Source of the DNA: Bordetella parapertussis
GTDB lineage: Bacteria > Pseudomonadota > Gammaproteobacteria > Burkholderiales > SG8-39
Direction: 5' to 3'
Length of the DNA: 64,000 nt
NCBI GenBank assembly: GCA_945861875.1
Contig: CAMAWC010000004.1
Span: 4,597-68,596 of the forward strand
Below are positions 33,572-40,994 of the stretch, piece after piece. Positions within the stretch are counted from its first letter, which is position 1. The number at the start of each line of letters is the position of its first letter. A model generated the notes under the pieces. The model had not been told where the DNA came from and did no database searches. It saw only the letters and a program-made list of their open reading frames with translations. Made by a program: the position numbers and the translations under genes.

Positions 33572-34174
33572 TCAGGGCGAACCCAGGCTGGAGAGATACT
33601 CGGCGAGAACGTCGATATCGGCAGCAGGCAGCGCACGTGCGGCCGAGGTCATGTTGCCGTCCATGTCAAAGCGGGTGCCGGCATGAAAACCCTGCAACTG
33701 CGTGCGCAGGTATTCCGCATGCTGCCCCGCAAGTCGCGGAATGTGCTGCACACCAAGAAGGGCGGGGCCGTGACAGACGGTGCAGTTGTACTGTTGCGCC
33801 AGGCGTTTGCCGATGGCTGTTTTTTCTGCAGCCAGTTGCTTTGGCGGCGGTGGCTTTTGCGCCGAAAAGAAGGCGGCAAGGTCGTTAAGGTCGGCATTCT
33901 TGAGATTGGCCGTGAGCGGCGACATTTGCGCGTTCTTGCGGTTGCCTTCGCGGAAAAAATACAGCTGGGTTGAGATGAACTGGGCTGGCTGGCCGGCAAT
34001 GGAGGGAATGCTCGGATCGGTGGAGTTGCCGGTCGCGCCGTGACAGGCGGTGCAGGTCTCGGCCTTGCGTCGTCCGGCCTCGATATCGGCGGCTATGACG
34101 CCGGAGGTGGCACAAAGAAAAACCGCGGCGAACAGCGCCGCGGTTTTTGTGGTGATAGAGCGAAAGATCGTCAC
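33572..34174 (-). CDS. dihaem cytochrome c (c4-like)
   Basis: GTG 34174 overlaps the upstream stop (GTGA). Signal peptide. Two CXXCH motifs (CTACH, CTVCH). Confidence 0.8.
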   Translation of the reverse strand: MTIFRSITTKTAALFAAVFLCATSGVIAADIEAGRRKAETCTACHGATGNSTDPSIPSIAGQPAQFISTQLYFFREGNRKNAQMSPLTANLKNADLNDLAAFFSAQKPPPPKQLAAEKTAIGKRLAQQYNCTVCHGPALLGVQHIPRLAGQHAEYLRTQLQGFHAGTRFDMDGNMTSAARALPAADIDVLAEYLSSLGSP

Positions 34175-35430
34175 TTTTTGCTGTAGCTGACCCGGTAGAC
34201 GATGCCATTGTAGTCGTCGGTGAAGAGCATGGCGCCATCGGGCATCTGCATCACGTCGACCGGGCGGCCCCACATCGGCGGGTCACCTTTGTTGTCGGTA
34301 AGGAAGCCTTCAAGGAAGGGCTCGTACTTGGCGACCTTGCCCTTGGCATCCAGCACCACGCGCATGATGTTGTAGCCCTGCTTGGTGCTGCGGTTCCACG
34401 AGCCGTGCATGGCAATGAACAGGTTGTTCTTGTACTCGGCCGGGAACATGCTGCCGGTGTAAAACCGCAGACCCAAGGGGGCGATGTGCGCACCCAGCTT
34501 TTGCGCCGGCGGGGTGAATTCGGAACAAGATTTATTTTTGCCGAACTCCGGATCCAGCAGGTCACCCTGGTGACAGTAGGGGTAGCCGAAGTGCATGCCT
34601 TTTTTGGGCGCGGTGTTCAACTCGTCGTGGGGCGTGTCATCGCTGAGCCAGTCCCGGCCGTGTTCGGTGAACCACAAGGCCTTGGTGGTTGGATGCCAGG
34701 TGAAACCCACGGAGTTGCGCACGCCGTGTGCATACTCCTCGACCATGCCTGTTTTGATATCCACACGGCTGATGGTGCCCTGGAAGTAGCCGGGCATGAC
34801 AATGTTGCCGGGCGCGCCGACGTTGTAATAGAGTTTGCCGTCCGGACCCATGGCGAGGTGCTTCCAGAAGTGGCCGGGCTGTTTCTGCGGGTCGAGATTG
34901 CCGACCACCAGCTTGGGTGCCGGCGGATTATCGAGATTGTTCTCGATGTCGTCGTAGCGGGTGATCTGGTGACGTTCGGCTACATACAGCGTGCCCTTGT
35001 CGAAGACAATGCCGTTAGGCGTGTTTAGTCCTTTAAGCAGGGTCTTTACTGCGCGCTTGCCGTTTTTGTCGACTATGGCGTAAACATTCTTCGCATTGCG
35101 GTTGCTGACGAAAACCGTGCCCTTGCTGCCAAGCGCGAGGAAGCGCGCTTCCGGCACATCGTCTGCCCAGACTTCGACTTTAAAGCCGGCCGGCACCTTG
35201 AGTTTGTCTACGGGCAGATCCTTGGCCGGGCGACCGGTCATGTGCGGCGCAAACGGGTGCAGTGGCGAGGCGGCTTGCTCGGCCGAGCGACCTTGCTGCC
35301 ATGAGGGAGCGGGCGCGGCTGGCGCTGCAGCCGGGGCCGCAGCCGGAGTCGCCGGAGCGGTCTGTGCTGTTGCGCTTGTACTAACGACTGCGGCGAACAG
35401 CGCAGCGGACAGGATGGTGCGTGTGAACAT
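34171..35430 (-). CDS. PQQ-dependent sugar/sorbosone dehydrogenase family beta-propeller protein
   Basis: ATG 35430 follows AAAGGGGAG. Signal peptide plus an Ala/Pro linker. Blocks NGIVFDKGTLYVAE, HGVRNSVGFTWHP and FGYPYCHQG. Confidence 0.85.
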   Translation of the reverse strand: MFTRTILSAALFAAVVSTSATAQTAPATPAAAPAAAPAAPAPSWQQGRSAEQAASPLHPFAPHMTGRPAKDLPVDKLKVPAGFKVEVWADDVPEARFLALGSKGTVFVSNRNAKNVYAIVDKNGKRAVKTLLKGLNTPNGIVFDKGTLYVAERHQITRYDDIENNLDNPPAPKLVVGNLDPQKQPGHFWKHLAMGPDGKLYYNVGAPGNIVMPGYFQGTISRVDIKTGMVEEYAHGVRNSVGFTWHPTTKALWFTEHGRDWLSDDTPHDELNTAPKKGMHFGYPYCHQGDLLDPEFGKNKSCSEFTPPAQKLGAHIAPLGLRFYTGSMFPAEYKNNLFIAMHGSWNRSTKQGYNIMRVVLDAKGKVAKYEPFLEGFLTDNKGDPPMWGRPVDVMQMPDGAMLFTDDYNGIVYRVSYSKK

Positions 35431-35701
35431 GGCTATCTCCCCTTTGGAGTTTGTGCAACGATGTTTCGGAAATACTTCGAACGGTATTTTTATTGTGCGT
35501 TCCTCGCTGAGTGTAGTCGCAAACACATGGCTTGCACAATCTTAACGTCTGCGTGTTTGATTTTGTTGTTGCGTTGCAATATCTGGAGATAACTCTGGCC
35601 ATCGCAAGGGAGCGTGCAGCACGCCGGCACCCGTTTGTCATGTTGCATTGATTGAGCGCTCCATGCGAATGCATTGAAGGTGGCGATTCAAGGTAAAATT
35701 C

Positions 35702-36544
35702 GTGGACTTATTTCGGGATGATGCCCAAGTGATAACTGCTGCAGACACGCTTGTAGATGTTTCCGGGTTGAGTTTTTCATTTGGTGAGTACGAAGTCCTG
35801 AAAGGCTTGTCGCTTAAGGTGCCGCGCGGCAAGGTCACGGCCATTCTCGGCCCCAGCGGCTGCGGCAAGACCACGCTGCTGCAGTTGATCGGCGGTCAGA
35901 TCGAGCCGTCATCCGGCACGGTCACGGTCGAGGGCAAGGTGGTGAGCGAACTCGATACCGCGGCGCTCTATGAAATGCGCCGCAAGATGGGGGTGATGTT
36001 CCAGGTCAGCGGCTTGTTTTCAGATTTGTCCGTGTACGAGAACATCGCCTTCCCGATGCGCGAACATACGAAATTGTCCGAGGGCATGATCCGTTCGCTG
36101 GTGCTGATGAAGCTTGAGGCGGTGGGCTTGCGCAATGCGCGCGACCTGATGCCCAGCGAATTGTCCGGTGGCATGCAGCGGCGCGTGGCGCTGGCGCGGG
36201 CGATTGCGCTCGACCCGATGCTCGCCCTGTACGATGAACCGTTTGCCGGGCTGGATCCGATTTCGCTCAACCAGGTGGCGGTTCTGATCCGTGAGCTCAA
36301 TGACGCGCTGGGCACCACTTCGGTGGTGGTGAGCTACGACATCAGCGCATCACTCAAGCTGGCCGACTATGTCTATGTGATTTCCGGGGGCGTCACGGTG
36401 GGGCAGGGCGTGCCGGAGGAAATGATGGGTTCCGAGGATCCCTTTCTCAAGCAGTTTTTTCATGCACTTCCCGACGGCCCCATCAGTTTTCACTTCCCGG
36501 CCCGGCCTTATGCCGAGGATCTGGGCTGCGAGACCCCGGCCTGA
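35702..36544 (+). CDS. mlaF: MlaF-like ABC transporter ATP-binding protein (orphan paralogue; H-loop His replaced by Tyr)
   Basis: Colinear with E. coli MlaF as recalled, including the C-terminal tail DGPISFHFPARPYAEDL. Walker A GPSGCGKT, signature LSGGMQRR and Walker B LYDEP are intact. The H-loop reads VVSYD (TAC 36335-36337). Confidence 0.85.
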   Translation: MDLFRDDAQVITAADTLVDVSGLSFSFGEYEVLKGLSLKVPRGKVTAILGPSGCGKTTLLQLIGGQIEPSSGTVTVEGKVVSELDTAALYEMRRKMGVMFQVSGLFSDLSVYENIAFPMREHTKLSEGMIRSLVLMKLEAVGLRNARDLMPSELSGGMQRRVALARAIALDPMLALYDEPFAGLDPISLNQVAVLIRELNDALGTTSVVVSYDISASLKLADYVYVISGGVTVGQGVPEEMMGSEDPFLKQFFHALPDGPISFHFPARPYAEDLGCETPA

Positions 36545-36684
36545 CATCCGGCCGGCCTGCCAGGCGGTTCGCCGGCCGTGCTGCACTGCAATGCCGCTAA
36601 TTGCCATGCGGACGTGAGTAGCATCCCGGACGGTGGGGTAGTATGCTTTTGAAAACCGCCCGGCATTGATGAAAAGGAGTGGCC

Positions 36685-37155
36685 ATGCTCGTCAAGGAAG
36701 TTCTCAAACTCAAGGGCAGCACGATCCATACCGTCCCGCCTGATGCGCAGCTTTCGGACGCGGTGATCAGCATGGCCGAGCACGACATCGGTTCGGTCGT
36801 GGTGATGCATGCCGGCAAGTTGGTGGGCATGCTGACGTTCCGCGAAGTGATCGCCATGCTGGCCAAGCGGCAGAAGGAAAAGCGCATTGGCCCGACGCCG
36901 CCGATTGCCGAGTTCAAGGTGAGCGAGGCGATGCAAAGCGATCCGGTGACCACGGATCCGTCGATGGATGTCGATGAACTGCGCAGTGTCATGCTCAAGC
37001 ACCATGCACGTTACGTGCCGGTGCTCGATGGCGAGGTGTTGCTGGGGGTGATTTCCTTTCACGACGTGGCCAAGGCCGTGCTTGAGGAAAAAAACTTCGA
37101 GAACAAAATGCTCAAGGCCTACATCAAGGACTGGCCGGAACCCGAGCAGGCCTGA
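36685..37155 (+). CDS. CBS-pair domain protein
   Basis: ATG 36685 follows AAGGAG. Two CBS repeats (DIGSVVVMHAGKLVGMLT; ARYVPVLDGEVLLGVIS). Confidence 0.85.
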   Translation: MLVKEVLKLKGSTIHTVPPDAQLSDAVISMAEHDIGSVVVMHAGKLVGMLTFREVIAMLAKRQKEKRIGPTPPIAEFKVSEAMQSDPVTTDPSMDVDELRSVMLKHHARYVPVLDGEVLLGVISFHDVAKAVLEEKNFENKMLKAYIKDWPEPEQA

Positions 37156-37257
37156 GGGCCGATAGTGCACGAAGCGCCCGGCGCATTGCCCGGGTGCGCG
37201 AGACGGCTGGTAGAAAAGCCAGTCTTTACCAAAATCCCCCAAGAGAGCGCACCTCCG

Positions 37258-38226
37258 ATGTTTTATCTGCCGGTCCGACGCCTGTTCTGTTTTGTTATCG
37301 CCGCCCTGGTCTTGCCCATCGCCGCATTGGCGCAGGATTTTCCGAACAAGCCGGTGACGCTGATCGTGCCATGGCCTGCGGGAGGATCCACGGATTTGGC
37401 CATGCGCGCCCTGGCCGAGGCGACGCAAAAATATCTCGGACAGACCATTGTCATCGATAACAAGCCCGGCGGTGGCGGGACGCTGGGCCCGGGCAACATG
37501 GCGCAGACCGCCAGGCCCGATGGTTACACCCTGTCGCAGGCGCCGCTGGGCCTGTACCGCATTCCGCACATGCAAAAAGTGGCGTTCGACCCGCAAAAGG
37601 ACTTTACCTACATCCTCAACCTGACCGGCTACACCTTCGGCTTCGTGGTGCGTGCCGACGCGCCCTGGAAGACCTTCCGTGAATTTCTCGACTATGCCAA
37701 GGCCAACCCGGGCAAGGTGAATTACGGTTCCACCGGTACCGGTACCTCGCCCCACTTGATCATGGAAATGATAGGGGCCAAGGAGGGCATTGATTGGACG
37801 CATGTGCCGTTCAAGGGTAACGCCGATGGCACTGCCGCCCTGCTCGGCGGCCACATCATGGGCATGTCAGATGCCACTGGCTGGGGGCCGCATGTCGACG
37901 CGGGGCGTTTCAGGCTGTTGGTGACTTTTGGCGCCAGCCGGACCAAACGCTGGCCGGCGGTGCCGACCGCCAAAGAACTCGGGCTGGGCATTGTCGCCAA
38001 TTCGCCTTACGGCCTGGTTGGACCCAAGGGCATGGATCCGCGGGTCGTGAAAATCCTGCACGATGCATTCAAGAAGGGCCTTGAGGATCCCATTCACCTG
38101 AGTGCTGTCGAGAAATACGACCAGGAAATTTTTTACATGAGCTCGGAGGAATATGCCAAGTGGGCAGCCGAGACCTATCGCGAGGAACGAAAGCTGATCG
38201 AGCGCCTCGGCTTGCTGGCAAAATAG
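37258..38226 (+). CDS. Bug/TctC-family periplasmic substrate-binding protein
   Basis: Signal peptide followed by FPNKPVTLIVPWPAGGSTD. The start ATG 37258 lacks a strong SD. Confidence 0.82.
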   Translation: MFYLPVRRLFCFVIAALVLPIAALAQDFPNKPVTLIVPWPAGGSTDLAMRALAEATQKYLGQTIVIDNKPGGGGTLGPGNMAQTARPDGYTLSQAPLGLYRIPHMQKVAFDPQKDFTYILNLTGYTFGFVVRADAPWKTFREFLDYAKANPGKVNYGSTGTGTSPHLIMEMIGAKEGIDWTHVPFKGNADGTAALLGGHIMGMSDATGWGPHVDAGRFRLLVTFGASRTKRWPAVPTAKELGLGIVANSPYGLVGPKGMDPRVVKILHDAFKKGLEDPIHLSAVEKYDQEIFYMSSEEYAKWAAETYREERKLIERLGLLAK

Positions 38227-38294
38227 CCGCAAATTGGTCCGACCGTCGGCGGCAAAGTCGGCGGGAACCGCAATCCAGACGGGGCAGTACGGCT

Positions 38295-39614
38295 ATGGGG
38301 CAGGGTGGTCAGTTCGGTTTGCTCTTGCAGCGGCGTTTCGCGCCGTTTTTTATCACCCAATTCCTCGGCGCCGGTAACGACAATCTATTCAAGTTTGCGC
38401 TGACTGTGCTGGCCACTTACAGCGCAGCCGAATGGGGTGGATTGGACCCGCGCTCGGCCGGTGCGGTGATAGGCGGTATTTTCATCCTGCCGTTTGTGCT
38501 GTTCTCGGCCACCTCCGGCCAACTGGCGGACAAGTACGAAAAGTCCGCGCTGATCCGTTTTGTGAAGAATTTCGAAATTGCCGTAATGACCCTGGTGGCG
38601 GTGGGTTTAGTCTGGCGGGTAGTCTGGCTGCCTTTTGCCGGTGTGTTCCTGATGGGCCTGCACTCGACCTTGTTCGGCCCGGTGAAATATGCCTACCTGC
38701 CGCAGCATCTCGAAGAAGGCGAACTGACCGGCGGCAACGGCATGGTCGAGATGGGCACGTTTGTCGCCATTCTGCTGGGCACCATGCTGGGCGGCTTGCT
38801 CGCGGCAATGCCGGGTGCGGGGCCGACCTATGTCGCGGTCGTGTCCCTGACGCTCGCGGTTCTCGGGCGCATTGCGGCCGGCCATGTGCCGCAGTCGGTG
38901 GCGCCCGATCCGGATCTTGTCATCAACTGGAACCCCTTCACCGAAACGCGCAATAACTTGAAGCTCGCGCGGAAAAACCGTACGGTGTTCCTCGCCATGC
39001 TGGGCATTTCATGGCTGTGGTTTTTCGGATCGGTGTTCCTCACCTCCTTCAGCGGCCTTGCCAAAACCGTGCTGGGTGGCGACCAGGGCGTGGTTACGCT
39101 GTTGCTGGCGGTGTTTTCCATCGGCATCGCCGTCGGTTCGCTGCTGTGCGAGCGCATGTCCGCGCGTCCGATTGAAATCGGGCTGGTGCCTTTCGGCGCC
39201 ATCGGCATGACGGTGTTTGCCGCGGATTTGTTTTTTGCCGTGCGCGGCCAGGTGCCTGAGGGGCAGTTGCTGGCTGTCGGCGGTTTCCTCTCCCAATTTC
39301 ACCACTGGCGCGCGCTTGCCGATCTCTTCCTGCTCGCCATGTTCGGCGGCTTTTACAGTGTGCCTCTGTACGCACTGATCCAGAGCCGTTGCGAGTTGCA
39401 TCACCGCGCGCGCATCATCGCCGCCAATAACATCCTCAATGCGCTGTTCATGGTCGTGGCCTCGATCATGGCGGCGGGGCTGCTCGCCGCGGGTTTTTCG
39501 CTGCCGCAACTGTTCCTGATTACCGCGATGCTGAACGCGCTCGTCGCGATTTATGTTTTCGGGCAAGCCCCGGAATTTTGGGTGCGCTTTCTCGCCTGGT
39601 CGCGCATTCGTTGA
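38295..39614 (+). CDS. MFS transporter (LplT/lysophospholipid-transporter-like)
   Basis: ORF trimmed to ATG 38295. FAPFFITQFLGAGNDNLFKFAL and SGQLADKYEKS are typical of the LplT family. 12 TM helices. Confidence 0.8.
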   Translation: MGQGGQFGLLLQRRFAPFFITQFLGAGNDNLFKFALTVLATYSAAEWGGLDPRSAGAVIGGIFILPFVLFSATSGQLADKYEKSALIRFVKNFEIAVMTLVAVGLVWRVVWLPFAGVFLMGLHSTLFGPVKYAYLPQHLEEGELTGGNGMVEMGTFVAILLGTMLGGLLAAMPGAGPTYVAVVSLTLAVLGRIAAGHVPQSVAPDPDLVINWNPFTETRNNLKLARKNRTVFLAMLGISWLWFFGSVFLTSFSGLAKTVLGGDQGVVTLLLAVFSIGIAVGSLLCERMSARPIEIGLVPFGAIGMTVFAADLFFAVRGQVPEGQLLAVGGFLSQFHHWRALADLFLLAMFGGFYSVPLYALIQSRCELHHRARIIAANNILNALFMVVASIMAAGLLAAGFSLPQLFLITAMLNALVAIYVFGQAPEFWVRFLAWSRIR

Positions 39615-39621
39615 GCGCGGG

Positions 39622-39804
39622 CTATCGTTTCTTGTCCCAGACATACCTTACAAAGCGTTGCCAGCGTGTGGTCGGCGGGGTGAGGCGGGCGCGCTGTGCC
39701 TCCCGGTCGCGTGCGACGCTTTTTTGCACCTGCTGGTGCACCTGCCGCAGGGTCAGCCCGCCGGGGCCCTTGAGTTTGTCGGGATCATTCTCTGGCATGG
39801 TCAT
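39622..39804 (-). CDS. small basic hypothetical protein (60 aa)
   Basis: G/C-biased third positions are consistent with coding. There is no clear SD and no recognisable family. Confidence 0.4.
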   Translation of the reverse strand: MTMPENDPDKLKGPGGLTLRQVHQQVQKSVARDREAQRARLTPPTTRWQRFVRYVWDKKR

Positions 39805-39874
39805 CTTTTAGAGATAAATCAGGCCGTTATGCTACACTCCTAAGACCGTTTTTGGCATAAAGTGCGATACCATC

Positions 39875-40975
39875 ATGTCCGGTAATACCCTAGGCAAACT
39901 GTTCTGCGTTACCTCGTTCGGCGAGTCCCACGGCCCGGCGCTGGGCGGCGTGGTTGACGGCTGCCCGCCAGGGATGGCGCTTGCCGAGGCTGACATCCAG
40001 AAGGAATTGGACCGGCGCAAGCCCGGCACTTCCCGCCACGTCACCCAGCGCCAGGAGTCAGACCGGATCGAACTGCTGTCGGGACTTTTCGAAGGGCGCA
40101 CCACCGGTGCGCCGATCGGCTTCGTCATTCGCAACGAAGACCAACGCTCGAAGGACTATGGCGCCATTGCCGAAACCTTCCGGCCCGGCCATGCCGACTA
40201 TACCTACTGGCAAAAATACGGCCTGCGCGATTATCGCGGCGGCGGCCGTTCTTCCGCGCGCGAAACTACCATACGCGTGGCGGCGGGGGCGATCGCCAAG
40301 AAATGGCTGCACGAGCGTTACGGCGTGACCATACGTGGTCGGCTGTCGCAAATCGGTCCGCATGACCTGGCATTCAAGTCCTGGGACGCGGTTTCACAGA
40401 ACCCGTTTTTCTCGGCTGACCCGGACATTGTCCCGAAAATCGAGGACTACATGGACGAACTTCGCCGCGCCGGTGATTCCTGCGGCGCGAAAGTCACCGT
40501 AGTGGCGGAAGGTGTGCCGGTGGGGTGGGGTGAACCGGTTTACGACCGGCTCGACGCCGATCTTGCCTACGCCATGATGGGCATCAACGCGGTCAAGGGT
40601 GTGGAAATCGGTGCGGGATTTTCCGCCATCACCCAGCGCGGCAGTGAGCACGGCGACGAAATGACCCCCGAGGGTTTTTTGTCCAATCACGCCGGAGGGA
40701 TGCTCGGCGGCATTTCGACCGGGCAGGATGTGGTGGTGCATATCGCGCTCAAGCCGACTTCGTCGATTCGCCTGCCGCGGCGTTCCATCAACAAGCAGGG
40801 CGAGGCGGTGACGGTGGAGACCACCGGCCGCCACGACCCTTGTGTGGGGATTCGCGCCACGCCGATTGCCGAGGCGATGCTGGCGATCGTGCTGATGGAC
40901 CATGCCTTGCGCCACCGCGCGCAATGTGGCGACGTGTTGCCTCCGACCAAGCCGATTCCTGGCAAGTTACGCTAA
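39875..40975 (+). CDS. aroC: chorismate synthase
   Basis: [41 protein letters not shown]. 366 aa. Confidence 0.97.
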   Translation: MSGNTLGKLFCVTSFGESHGPALGGVVDGCPPGMALAEADIQKELDRRKPGTSRHVTQRQESDRIELLSGLFEGRTTGAPIGFVIRNEDQRSKDYGAIAETFRPGHADYTYWQKYGLRDYRGGGRSSARETTIRVAAGAIAKKWLHERYGVTIRGRLSQIGPHDLAFKSWDAVSQNPFFSADPDIVPKIEDYMDELRRAGDSCGAKVTVVAEGVPVGWGEPVYDRLDADLAYAMMGINAVKGVEIGAGFSAITQRGSEHGDEMTPEGFLSNHAGGMLGGISTGQDVVVHIALKPTSSIRLPRRSINKQGEAVTVETTGRHDPCVGIRATPIAEAMLAIVLMDHALRHRAQCGDVLPPTKPIPGKLR

Positions 40976-40994
40976 GCACGCTGGCAGCCCCGCT

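Noticed and set aside
35461-35592. 43-codon Cys-rich, hydrophobic ORF (MFRKYFERYFYCAFLAECSRKH...) in the AT-richer divergent region between the PQQ-dehydrogenase and mlaF-like genes
   Set aside because: It has no SD, its A/T-rich codon usage is unlike the local genes, and it overlaps the likely divergent promoters. It is most likely a chance ORF in promoter DNA.
36508-37854. 448-aa minus-strand ORF. Also 30416-31378 (-), 46224-47015 (-), 48283-49284 (-), 59263-60165 (-) and 60175-61452 (-).
   Set aside because: These are antisense to the CBS/Bug, PdxA, leuC, leuB, folC and SPOR/cvpA genes, which have clear homology. The products are low-complexity and Arg/His-rich.
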